Shown here piece after piece: positions 47,429 to 55,861 of a stretch of DNA of 64,000 nucleotides. Position 1 is the stretch's first letter, and each line of letters starts with the position of its first letter. The notes beneath the pieces were generated by a model that ran no database searches, was not told the origin of the DNA, and saw nothing but the letters and a program-made list of their open reading frames with translations. The stretch lies in contig JAUZPM010000003.1 in the NCBI GenBank assembly GCA_030705925.1, positions 581 to 64,580 of the forward strand, in the 5' to 3' direction. The stretch comes from Bacillota bacterium (lineage in GTDB: Bacteria > Bacillota > Clostridia > Oscillospirales > Feifaniaceae). The position numbers were made by a program, and so were the translations under genes.

Positions 47429-48397
47429 TTACCAGTCAATTAATGCAGCGCCCCAGGTCAAACCGCCGCCAAAACCGAAAGCGATAATTTTATCTCCCCG
47501 CTTGATGGCGCCTGTTTTTACCGCTTCATCTAGTGCAATCGGAATACTTGCTGCGGATGTGTTTCCGAATCTATCTATATTTATAAAAAATTTTTCAATG
47601 GGAAGACTCAGCTTTTCCGCCGCATATTGGATTATGCGAATATTTGCCTGATGGCATATAATGCAGTCGATCAAGCCCAAATCGGTGTTTGTGTTTTTAA
47701 GGAGCTTTTCAATACTTTGCACTATAATTTTTCCTGCAAACTTAAAAACTTCTTTCCCATTCATTTTGATTACCGATTGCAATGATTCTCCTGAAGAAAA
47801 TGCATTTTTACTTGGAAGCGCGGGACAGTTTAAGAGATCTTCTCTGCTGCCGTCGCTTTTAAGCTCTATCTCTCTTATTCCAGGCTTATCACTAGCCGTG
47901 AGAACTGCCGCACCTGCTCCGTCCCCGAATAATACGCAGGTGTTGCGGTCATTCCAGTCAACGATTTTTGATAATGTCTCAGCGCCGACAACAAGAGCAT
48001 TTTTATATAAACCCGATTTGAGAAAAGCATTTGCTATCCCAAGAGCATAGATAAATCCTGTACAAGCCGCTGAAATGTCAAAAGCGAAAGCATTAGCGGC
48101 GCCTATTTTTGCCTGAACACTGCAGGCGGTCGAGGGCATAAAATTATCGGGAGTAATCGTGGCGACAATTATCAGATCGATTTCCCCGGCTTTTATATTT
48201 GAATTCAAAAGGGCGTTATTAGCGGCCTTTGATGCGATTTCAACTGTTGTTTCAACTGTTGCGACGCGTCTCTCTTTTATGCCTGTTCTTGTTGAGATCC
48301 ATTCGTCACTTGTGTCGACTATATCAGCTAACTGATCATTTGTAACAATATTTCCGGGTAAATAACTGCCGGTTCCTGCAATACGGCTAAAAGTCAT
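47429..48397 (-). CDS. fabH: Beta-ketoacyl-ACP synthase III
   Basis: Catalytic triad contexts AACTGFIYAL, CHQANIRI, FGNTSAASIP. Start trimmed to ATG 48397 after AAGGAGA. Confidence 0.95.
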   Translation of the reverse strand: MTFSRIAGTGSYLPGNIVTNDQLADIVDTSDEWISTRTGIKERRVATVETTVEIASKAANNALLNSNIKAGEIDLIIVATITPDNFMPSTACSVQAKIGAANAFAFDISAACTGFIYALGIANAFLKSGLYKNALVVGAETLSKIVDWNDRNTCVLFGDGAGAAVLTASDKPGIREIELKSDGSREDLLNCPALPSKNAFSSGESLQSVIKMNGKEVFKFAGKIIVQSIEKLLKNTNTDLGLIDCIICHQANIRIIQYAAEKLSLPIEKFFINIDRFGNTSAASIPIALDEAVKTGAIKRGDKIIAFGFGGGLTWGAALIDW

Positions 48398-48407
48398 ATT
48401 AGTCTCC

Positions 48408-48860
48408 TTATTGGTTTTTGCTGTAGACATTCTTTAGATGTACGTTTAACTTTCCAAGTGCGCTGAGAAGTAAAACTTCTTCTTCTTCACTGAGGGTAGT
48501 GATCAAATCACGAACCATGTCCGAGTGGAACTTGTTATGAACGCGATATGCAAGCTTGCCTCTTTTGGTAAGCGCAATCTGGACAACGCGTCTATCTTCC
48601 TCGATTCTGTGGCGCTCGACATAACCCTTTTTGACAAGCCGGTTTATTGCGGTTGTAAGCGTTCCTACCGTTATCTTGAGCTGTGACGCCACTTCTGTCA
48701 TGCTTCGGGATTCATACATCCCAATAGCCTCGATGGTATGCATTTCGGTGATAGAAAGATCCTGAAAAAACCCTGATTGCAAACTGTTTTGTTCTATCGT
48801 TAATACATCGTTGAAAATCTCTACTAACAGTTCGTTTATTTTATAAACCCGTGATTCCAT
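48408..48860 (-). CDS. fabT: MarR-family fatty-acid synthesis repressor (FabT-like)
   Basis: 150 aa MarR fold (MTEVASQLKITVGTLTTAINRLVKKGYVERHRIEEDRRV). Immediately upstream of fabH as in streptococci. FabT-type palindromes lie at the operon promoter. Confidence 0.75.
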   Translation of the reverse strand: MESRVYKINELLVEIFNDVLTIEQNSLQSGFFQDLSITEMHTIEAIGMYESRSMTEVASQLKITVGTLTTAINRLVKKGYVERHRIEEDRRVVQIALTKRGKLAYRVHNKFHSDMVRDLITTLSEEEEVLLLSALGKLNVHLKNVYSKNQ

Positions 48861-48878
48861 TGTTACTCTCCGTTCGCA

Positions 48879-49949
48879 TTATATTTCTAGAGCTTCCGTA
48901 ACAAGTTCCTGCATAAGTTCACTTACTGAACAGATATGGTTTACTCTGTATGCATTTTCACCGGTAAAAATCAGCCCTTCATCCACATTGCCTTTTACGG
49001 CGTTTATTAAAGCATCAGATATGCAGTATGGAGTTGTGCCCGGACTGCAGGGCTTTAAACAGTTGTAGCAGCGTTCCGACTTAACACGTCCGGACTCTGT
49101 TTTTTTGATAAAGGTATTGTTTATTGCCCTTCCCGGCATACCAACAGGGCTTTTTACTATTTTTATATCTTCTTTTTTGGCATTGACATAAGCCTGCTTA
49201 AATTTTATATCTGCATCGCATTCATGTGTTGCAACAAACCTTGTTGCCATCTGGACACCCGAAGCGCCGTTTTTTATATGTCTCACGATATCTTCGCCTG
49301 TAAAGATGCCTCCCGCGGCAATAACGGGGACTTTTCGGTTGTATTTTTCTTCAAACGGTTTTAATGCCGATATTACGTCCCTTACTATTTCAAATAATGA
49401 AGGCAGTGGGTCTGACCCAAGCTCTGCTTCCGAAAAGCCAAGGTGTCCGCCTGCGAGAGGGCCTTCTACAATAACTGCATCCGGTATCACGTTATAATGT
49501 CTGTCCCACATCTTCGAAATTACGAATGCCGCTTTGCCTGAAGATACGACAGGCACATTTTTAGTGTTGTATCCCTCAGTCAGCTTGGGGAGATCGACAG
49601 GCAGCCCGGCGCCGCATATTATTAGATCTGCACCCTCTTCTGCCGCTGTTCGGACAAGTTCAGGATAGTGTGTCATAGCTGTGAGAATATTGACGCCGAT
49701 TATTCCTTTTTTCGCCTCAGAACGCGCCGCTTGAATTTCTCTTCGAAGTGCACGGATATTAGCCTCACGAGTATTGGTTATAAAATCAGGCTCCTGGAAT
49801 CCGATCTGGACACCTGATATGATGCCTGCGCCCCCTGCATTAGCTACAGCAGCCGCAAGAGAGCTTCGTGAAACGCCAATACCCATACCTCCTTGAATAA
49901 TAGGAACAGCAACCTTTTTATCGCCTATTTCAAGCGCTGGTAATATCAT
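48879..49949 (-). CDS. NPD/FabK-family FMN oxidoreductase with C-terminal 4-Cys motif (FabX-like candidate)
   Basis: 356 aa. VPIIQGGMGIGVSRSSLAAAVANAGGAGIISG and PVIAAGGI FMN-barrel motifs. C294-x2-C297-x3-C301-x7-C309 (CYNCLKPCSPGTTPYC). First gene of the fab operon. Confidence 0.8.
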   Translation of the reverse strand: MILPALEIGDKKVAVPIIQGGMGIGVSRSSLAAAVANAGGAGIISGVQIGFQEPDFITNTREANIRALRREIQAARSEAKKGIIGVNILTAMTHYPELVRTAAEEGADLIICGAGLPVDLPKLTEGYNTKNVPVVSSGKAAFVISKMWDRHYNVIPDAVIVEGPLAGGHLGFSEAELGSDPLPSLFEIVRDVISALKPFEEKYNRKVPVIAAGGIFTGEDIVRHIKNGASGVQMATRFVATHECDADIKFKQAYVNAKKEDIKIVKSPVGMPGRAINNTFIKKTESGRVKSERCYNCLKPCSPGTTPYCISDALINAVKGNVDEGLIFTGENAYRVNHICSVSELMQELVTEALEI

Positions 49950-49967
49950 TTAAGCCTCCATTTAGCT

Positions 49968-49996
49968 TTGATTATCAAATTGTTTGATAATCAAAG
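49968..49996. promoter_or_regulatory. Two tandem 13-bp FabT-type palindromes (TTTGATTATCAAA, TTTGATAATCAAA)
   Basis: Boxes at 49968-49980 and 49984-49996. Together they form a 14-bp perfect inverted repeat (49967-49997). The 6+1+6 architecture matches the S. pneumoniae FabT site TTTGACTGTCAAA. Confidence 0.65.
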
Positions 49997-50024
49997 TATA
50001 TGCATTAGAATATTATTTGTCAAC
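49996..50024 (-). promoter_or_regulatory. Sigma-A promoter of the fab operon
   Basis: Minus strand reads TTGACA (50024-50019), 17-nt spacer, TATACT (50001-49996). The -10 abuts/overlaps the FabT boxes. Confidence 0.65.
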
Positions 50025-50159
50025 TAAAATTTTCTAAAAATATTTATAGATTCGTTTAAGAAAAGTACAACAGTATGTTTTTTTGCATATGATGCTGTGG
50101 AGCAATGCTATAAATACAAACTTTTCTTAGCAAAAAAACGGAATTAAGGAGTGTAATCA

Positions 50160-50849
50160 ATGCAGAAAAAATACAACGAAAAAGCAATAATAACAAATAA
50201 AGACATTCAAAAAGACTTTACATATCTGTCTACTGTAATGATAACGCTGGATATATCTTATCCGGCTGTGAAACTGATTCAAAATCCTAGTCCGGAAAAT
50301 CGTATAAACCGGCATTATCGTTTAGATGCACTAGATTTTTATCGCTATGCATCAACCACTTTATTTAAAGGGGCGATAAATGAATACAGGGATTCGATTA
50401 AAAACGACTTTCCTTTCAGGCCTTACGATGCAGTAATGAAATATTTTATTTCTCTGAATGGAAGCTGCCACCTCAGTTCCTACACCGACCGTTATGAATA
50501 TACAGGTGGGGCTCACGGCAATACGATACGGTCTTCGGCAACATTCGATTTAAAATCAGGCAGACAGCTGGAATTAAGAGATCTATTTAAAAGAGGCGCA
50601 AATTACAGATATGATATCTTGAAAAACATAACCGAGCAGGCAGAAAAAAATTTAAGTGAAAACCCGGGGATATATTTTGAAGATTATAAGCAGCTTATTA
50701 TAGAAAACTTTAATCCAAAAAGTTTTTATCTTACTCCGGAAGCGCTGGCTGTCTATTATCAGCAGTATGAGATAGCGCCTTATTCCACAGGGATAGTCGT
50801 TTTTGAAATACCATATTCCAAACTTGAGATTAACCCGCCCCGCTGTTAA
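50160..50849 (+). CDS. DUF3298/DUF4163 domain protein (RsiV/PdaC C-terminal-like)
   Basis: 229 aa. Hallmark YTGGAHGN motif. No obvious signal peptide or TM segment. Confidence 0.75.
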   Translation: MQKKYNEKAIITNKDIQKDFTYLSTVMITLDISYPAVKLIQNPSPENRINRHYRLDALDFYRYASTTLFKGAINEYRDSIKNDFPFRPYDAVMKYFISLNGSCHLSSYTDRYEYTGGAHGNTIRSSATFDLKSGRQLELRDLFKRGANYRYDILKNITEQAEKNLSENPGIYFEDYKQLIIENFNPKSFYLTPEALAVYYQQYEIAPYSTGIVVFEIPYSKLEINPPRC

Positions 50850-50936
50850 AAAATATTAGTGACAGATTGTGCCACCCAATCATAGAATAAAAAAGGAAAA
50901 ATATTATCTTTATATTTTAGAGAAGGCGGGATAAAA

Positions 50937-51350
50937 ATGTGTAAAAAAAGTAACTGTCTTTTAACAGCAATATTTAGTATCGTGGTTGGCATTGTGATTG
51001 CAGCACTTTTTGCTTATAATCGCATTCCACATATCAGCGTTTCGTGCTTAATAGCGCTGGCATTGGCTGCGATTACATTAATTATTCTATCTGTTCTTTC
51101 TTCGGCAGCGGGAAGGTCAGCTGCACTTGCAAAATGCGTTTGTTTTCAGGGCCGCTGTCTTTTGCTATCCACAATAGGGACGATTGTCAGTACATTGATA
51201 GCTTTATCGATTTCTCTAAATCATGCTCACTTTTTGGCTGCCGTATTAATATTCTTTGTATTTACATTTTTAACTATGATGCTTACCACTTTAACAGCTT
51301 TATTGCACTGTGCAATTGGACGTCTATGTCATATTAAATGTGACGAATAA
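50937..51350 (+). CDS. Hypothetical Cys-rich 4-TM membrane protein
   Basis: 137 aa. Four hydrophobic helices. Cysteines are clustered at the termini and loops (MCKKSNC, CVCFQGRC, HCAIGRLCHIKC). Confidence 0.5.
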   Translation: MCKKSNCLLTAIFSIVVGIVIAALFAYNRIPHISVSCLIALALAAITLIILSVLSSAAGRSAALAKCVCFQGRCLLLSTIGTIVSTLIALSISLNHAHFLAAVLIFFVFTFLTMMLTTLTALLHCAIGRLCHIKCDE

Positions 51351-51357
51351 AATTTAT

Positions 51358-51391
51358 AAAGGGAGCTGTTTTGTATGCACCAGCTCCCTTT
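51358..51391. terminator. Bidirectional terminator between the membrane protein gene and topB
   Basis: Perfect 11-bp stem AAAGGGAGCTG/CAGCTCCCTTT with a 12-nt loop. Confidence 0.7.
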
Positions 51392-51394
51392 ATA

Positions 51395-53581
51395 TTATTT
51401 TTCTGAAGACGTTTTCATCGCTGCCTCAAAAGCAGCCCTCATAGCATTATTGCCTGTGTCTTTTCTCTCTTGATTTTGCATATACTTTGCTACGTCCCTT
51501 TTGGAAATGCCGTCATGAGAGTCTTCATAACGTTTATTGAAGACCTCGAATTTTTCCCTGAAGCCGCAGGAACATGTGTAGATCTTTTTTTCTCCCTCGC
51601 CAAATAATTCAAGCTTTTTATGACACTCGGGACAGCGTGCATTTGTATAATGTGAGACAGATTTGCGATATCCACACTCCCTGTCCTGGCATACAAGCAG
51701 CTTGCCTTTTTTCCCGTTAACCTCAAGCAGCATCTTTCCGCAATTTGGACAAGGCGTCCTAGTCATATTGTCATGATGATACTGCCCGCTTGCCGCCGCA
51801 ACATTTCCAACGAGTTTAGACGAGTATGCCCTTATATCTGAAATAAAAACATCTCTTTTTACAGAACCTTTGCTGATGCCTGTCAGCTTTTCCTCCCATT
51901 TTGCAGTTAGTTCTGGCTGCTTTAAGTCTTCAGGAACCAGACTGATAAGCTGGATACCTTTAGATGTGGGAACAAGGTCATTACCGTTTCGCTCAACATA
52001 AAAAGCACTGAGAAGCCGCTCGATTATTTCAGCTCTCGTTGCAGGAGTTCCAAGCCCGCTTGTCTGATTCATCATATCTCTGAGCGCCGCATTTGAAATG
52101 AATTTACCCGGATGTTCCATAGCAGAAAGAAGGGTTGCCTCGGTATACCGAGCTGGCGGCTTGGTTTTTCCGGCTTTTACGATAACCTTGTCTGCTTTAA
52201 ATGAGTCGCCTTTCTTCAGTGAAGGCAGTTCCTGCGCCTTTTCTTCATAATCTTCCGTTGATTCGTCTTCCCTGTCATAAAGGCGTTTCCAGCCTTTTGA
52301 TATTACCGCTTTCCCCTTCGCAGTAAATAATTCGCCGCCGCTGTCAAGCTCAACAGATAATTCCTCATATTCAAAATCACCATAAAAAACAGATAAAAAC
52401 CTTTTTACAACAAGGTCGTAAATATTTTTTTCTTCGCCTGTAAGTCCTGACAGGTTTACGAACTGTTCTGTTGGGATGATGGCATGGTGGTCGGATACTT
52501 TTGAATTATCAACACACCGTTTGGCAATAGAAGCATGCGTCCTTATGATCTCCTTTGCATAAGGCGCATATGAACCGATGGCAACGCTTTTAAGGCGTTC
52601 GGCAAGGGTTGGAACAATATCATCTGTGATATATCGTGAATCCGTACGCGGATATGTAAGCAGTTTATGCTTTTCATAAAGCTGCTGCATTATATTGAGC
52701 GTTTTTTTGGCGGAAAAGCCAAACCTGCGGTTGGCGTCACGCTGAAGCTCTGTTAAATCATATAAAAGGGGCGGCAGTTCACGTTTATGCTCTTTTTTCA
52801 AATTACTGATGACGAACTGAGCTTTACCTGCTTTTTGAGAAAGATTATCTGCCAAAGTTTTATCAAAAAGCCGGGATTGACCTGTTTTCCTGTCCTTCCA
52901 AAGAGCGGTGAATCCTTTTATCCTAGCCTCGACAGTATAATACTCCTTAGGTTTAAAATGCCTTATTTCTTCTTCTCGTGCAACTATCATGGCAAGCGTT
53001 GGGGTTTGCACCCTTCCCGCTGATAATTGGGCATTATATTTACAGGTCAGCGCGCGGGTCACATTCATTCCGACAAGCCAGTCTGCCTCTGCTCTGCTTT
53101 GAGCAGAAGCATAAAGGTTCATATACTGTGAACCGTCTTTGAGATTTGCAAAGCCTTCTTTTATAGCTCTGTCGGTTTGTGAGGAGATCCATAAACGTTT
53201 TAAGGGCTTTCTTATCCCCGCTTTCTCCAAAATCCAGCGTGCGACAAGCTCTCCTTCGCGTCCTGCATCCGTTGCGATAATGACTTCAGAGATTTCCTTA
53301 CTTTGCAATAATGTTTTTACTGTGTTGTATTGTTTGGCAGTTTCTTTTATTACCACGAGATCCATTTTTTTAGGAAGCATAGGCAATGTTTCAAGCCGCC
53401 AAGATTTATATATGTCGCCGTAATGTTCTGGATCTGCCAGTGTAACAAGATGTCCAAGTGCCCACGTTACTATGTACCGGCTGCCAATTAAATAGCCATT
53501 TCCGTTTTGTTTGCAGCCGAGAACCCGTGCGATTTCACGCCCTACCGACGGTTTCTCCGCAAGAACCAATGATTTTCCCAT
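51395..53581 (-). CDS. topB: DNA topoisomerase III
   Basis: 728 aa. Toprim N-terminus SLVLAEKPSVGREIA, TYPRTDSRY active-site tyrosine region, C-terminal Zn-ribbons (CPNCGK...CQDRECG; CPECHK...CSCG). Confidence 0.93.
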   Translation of the reverse strand: MGKSLVLAEKPSVGREIARVLGCKQNGNGYLIGSRYIVTWALGHLVTLADPEHYGDIYKSWRLETLPMLPKKMDLVVIKETAKQYNTVKTLLQSKEISEVIIATDAGREGELVARWILEKAGIRKPLKRLWISSQTDRAIKEGFANLKDGSQYMNLYASAQSRAEADWLVGMNVTRALTCKYNAQLSAGRVQTPTLAMIVAREEEIRHFKPKEYYTVEARIKGFTALWKDRKTGQSRLFDKTLADNLSQKAGKAQFVISNLKKEHKRELPPLLYDLTELQRDANRRFGFSAKKTLNIMQQLYEKHKLLTYPRTDSRYITDDIVPTLAERLKSVAIGSYAPYAKEIIRTHASIAKRCVDNSKVSDHHAIIPTEQFVNLSGLTGEEKNIYDLVVKRFLSVFYGDFEYEELSVELDSGGELFTAKGKAVISKGWKRLYDREDESTEDYEEKAQELPSLKKGDSFKADKVIVKAGKTKPPARYTEATLLSAMEHPGKFISNAALRDMMNQTSGLGTPATRAEIIERLLSAFYVERNGNDLVPTSKGIQLISLVPEDLKQPELTAKWEEKLTGISKGSVKRDVFISDIRAYSSKLVGNVAAASGQYHHDNMTRTPCPNCGKMLLEVNGKKGKLLVCQDRECGYRKSVSHYTNARCPECHKKLELFGEGEKKIYTCSCGFREKFEVFNKRYEDSHDGISKRDVAKYMQNQERKDTGNNAMRAAFEAAMKTSSEK

Positions 53582-53614
53582 TATAAATTCTCCAATTTTT
53601 AAAGTTCTAGTCTA

Positions 53615-54862
53615 TTAAAAGTCTCTTGTAAACATGTTTTTTCCGTCGGTCAGACTGCCTACTGTTTCAAACCCGAGACGATGCAGAAGTTCAATAACAT
53701 AAGGGTTGTCCGCAGGCGTGTCATAGGGTGTTTTTACCCCATAAACGTTAACCTGCTTAGTACCATCTTCTTTCGGAAGGACGGCTTTGGGACCGCCGAC
53801 GCATCCGCTGACACAACCCATACCTTCAATAAAGTTAGCGCTTATTTTTCCCTCTCTGATTTCGTTTAACAGCTTCTTGCATTCTATCGTGCCGTCAGCC
53901 TGCTGTGCCTTAAAAGGTATAGGCCGGCCGGGTCTTAAACGGTTAAGAGTAGTTTCAACAGCTTCGCTGACGCCTCCTGTTCTTGCGTAAATCCGACCGG
54001 CAGTTGAAGAGTGGTCGCGCATATCCTCCTCAAGATCTGCGGGGTTTAGGCTCGCGAATTTAAAAATATCCATGATTTCCTGAAAACTTAGGACATAATC
54101 TACCGCATCCCTGATATCTGGCTCTTTTGCCTCCGCCTTTTTTGCAACACAGGGACCAATAAAGACAGTTTTAGCATTTGGGACAAGCTTTTTGATCGAT
54201 CTGCCGCAAGCGACCATAGGAGAAACCGATGCAGGAACGTGGGGGACAAGCTGACTATATATTTTTCTGATCATAGCTATCCATATCGGACAGCAGCAGC
54301 TTGTAAGCTGAAAGTCTTCGTCATGGACAATAGAACGGTCAAACTCAAGAGCCTCTTTTAATGTAAGAATATCAGCAAATAATGCGACTTCAAGCATGCC
54401 GGCAAAACCAAGCCTTTTAAAAGCACTTCTGAGTTTTCCGGGGGTAACCGAATCGCTGAACTGGCCAATAAACGCGGGTGCTATCATAGCATAGACGGGA
54501 TCTGATCCCTTCAGAAGTTCGAAAACAGGAAAGAGATCTTTTCTATCAGTCAGATTTCCCGCTTTACAATTTTCGATACATTCACCGCAACCTGCACAGC
54601 GCGATTCGTCGATAGATATATTGCCGTTTTCATCCCGTGATATCGCATCAAACAGGCAGGCTACTATACAAGGCCTGCCTTCATCTTTACAATCACATGA
54701 GGAAATCCTCATTACAGCAGGCTGGCGCTCGGGGTTCAATAAACAGTATATATGATGTGGGTCGAAATCAGATAAAAAATCTTTATTTAAAATTTTTTCA
54801 TCTATCGATTCTTCTACCCCTGCTTCTATTATCTTGTTATATAATGAGTAAAAAGAATGCAT
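53615..54862 (-). CDS. [FeFe]-hydrogenase-like protein, short form with TSCCCP P1 motif
   Basis: 415 aa. N-terminal Cys motifs CDCKDEGRPCIVAC and CAGCGECIENC. H-cluster-type motifs LTSCCCPIW, GPCVAKKAE, EGMGCVSGCVGGP. Confidence 0.8.
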   Translation of the reverse strand: MHSFYSLYNKIIEAGVEESIDEKILNKDFLSDFDPHHIYCLLNPERQPAVMRISSCDCKDEGRPCIVACLFDAISRDENGNISIDESRCAGCGECIENCKAGNLTDRKDLFPVFELLKGSDPVYAMIAPAFIGQFSDSVTPGKLRSAFKRLGFAGMLEVALFADILTLKEALEFDRSIVHDEDFQLTSCCCPIWIAMIRKIYSQLVPHVPASVSPMVACGRSIKKLVPNAKTVFIGPCVAKKAEAKEPDIRDAVDYVLSFQEIMDIFKFASLNPADLEEDMRDHSSTAGRIYARTGGVSEAVETTLNRLRPGRPIPFKAQQADGTIECKKLLNEIREGKISANFIEGMGCVSGCVGGPKAVLPKEDGTKQVNVYGVKTPYDTPADNPYVIELLHRLGFETVGSLTDGKNMFTRDF

Positions 54863-54866
54863 ACCT

Positions 54867-55736
54867 TCATCCCTGCCTGTTTTTTAGCGTTTTAACATAT
54901 TTTGATGCTGCGCTTCCCGCCAGAGCGCCTTCTCCAACCGCAGTTGAGACCTGTAGGAAACCGCCGACAGCGTCACCGCAAGCAAAAATTCCTTCTACAT
55001 TTGTTTTCATGCTCGAGTCGACTTTTATAGATCCATCGACAACTTCTATGCCTGCTTTTTTAGCAAAATCTACGGCTGAAGCTGTACCCAATGCTATAAA
55101 TAATCCATCGACATCAAGGACTTTATCATTTTCAAATTTTATTCTTTCAAGCCGATCTGAACCTTCAAGTGATGTAATTTTAGAAGAGATTACAGGCATC
55201 TCTGAAAAGTTTCCGGTAATTTCCTCTCCATTAGTAAGGATAGTAATATATTGAGAAAAATTAGCTAAATCGTTTGCTTCGTGTTCTGCGAACTTACCAG
55301 CACCAAGCACGGCAACATTTTTTCCTCTAAAGAAAAATCCATCGCAGATGGCGCAGTAACTCACTCCCGCGCCTTCAAATCGCTCAAGACCGCTGATTTC
55401 CGCTTTTTTCTTCGGCTTTCCGGTAGCAATTATTAGCCCGTTTGCCTCGAAGACACCGTTATCTGTAGTTATTTTAATGAAGTCTGTTTTTTCAAAAGAA
55501 ACAACCTGAGCGTTATAAATTTCTGCTCCTAATAATTTTGCCTGCTCTTCTCCTCTTTCTAACAGATCGCTTCCTGAAATCCCGCCGGGAAAACCAAAAT
55601 AGTTTTCAATTTTTTCGGCTTTTACAAGTGAACTGCCATTTTCAGCAATAATAGCCGTATGCAAACCCGCACGGCATGTATATAATGCAGCAGATATTCC
55701 CGCCGGTCCTTTGCCGATAATAACTATATCGAACAT
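54867..55736 (-). CDS. Thioredoxin-reductase-like flavoprotein lacking NADPH-binding signatures
   Basis: 289 aa. FAD fold IIGKGPAG, redox-active CAICDGFFF, FACGDA. TrxB GGGNxA/HRRxxxR positions read GAGKFA and TILTNGEE. Confidence 0.85.
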   Translation of the reverse strand: MFDIVIIGKGPAGISAALYTCRAGLHTAIIAENGSSLVKAEKIENYFGFPGGISGSDLLERGEEQAKLLGAEIYNAQVVSFEKTDFIKITTDNGVFEANGLIIATGKPKKKAEISGLERFEGAGVSYCAICDGFFFRGKNVAVLGAGKFAEHEANDLANFSQYITILTNGEEITGNFSEMPVISSKITSLEGSDRLERIKFENDKVLDVDGLFIALGTASAVDFAKKAGIEVVDGSIKVDSSMKTNVEGIFACGDAVGGFLQVSTAVGEGALAGSAASKYVKTLKNRQG

Positions 55737-55803
55737 AATAACTCCAATTTAATATTTATTTCTCTAATATTATATTAAAATTACAAATAATGCAAACTGC
55801 AAA

Positions 55804-55833
55804 TTGACTGTACCACACCAAAAAAGGTATAAT
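55804..55833 (+). promoter_or_regulatory. Candidate sigma-A promoter for the GT2 gene
   Basis: TTGACT (55804-55809), 18-nt spacer, TATAAT (55828-55833). Confidence 0.5.
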
Positions 55834-55861
55834 ATTTTTAAATTTACTATTGGAGGATTTT

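Noticed and set aside
51395-53581. Topoisomerase III as a marker of a conjugative or integrative element
   Set aside because: No relaxase, T4SS, integrase, replication or partition genes flank it. Its size and Zn-ribbon C-terminus match chromosomal Firmicute TopB.
54637-55254. 205-aa plus-strand ORF spanning the hydrogenase-like/TrxR-like junction
   Set aside because: It is antisense to two well-supported minus-strand genes and has no recognisable motifs.
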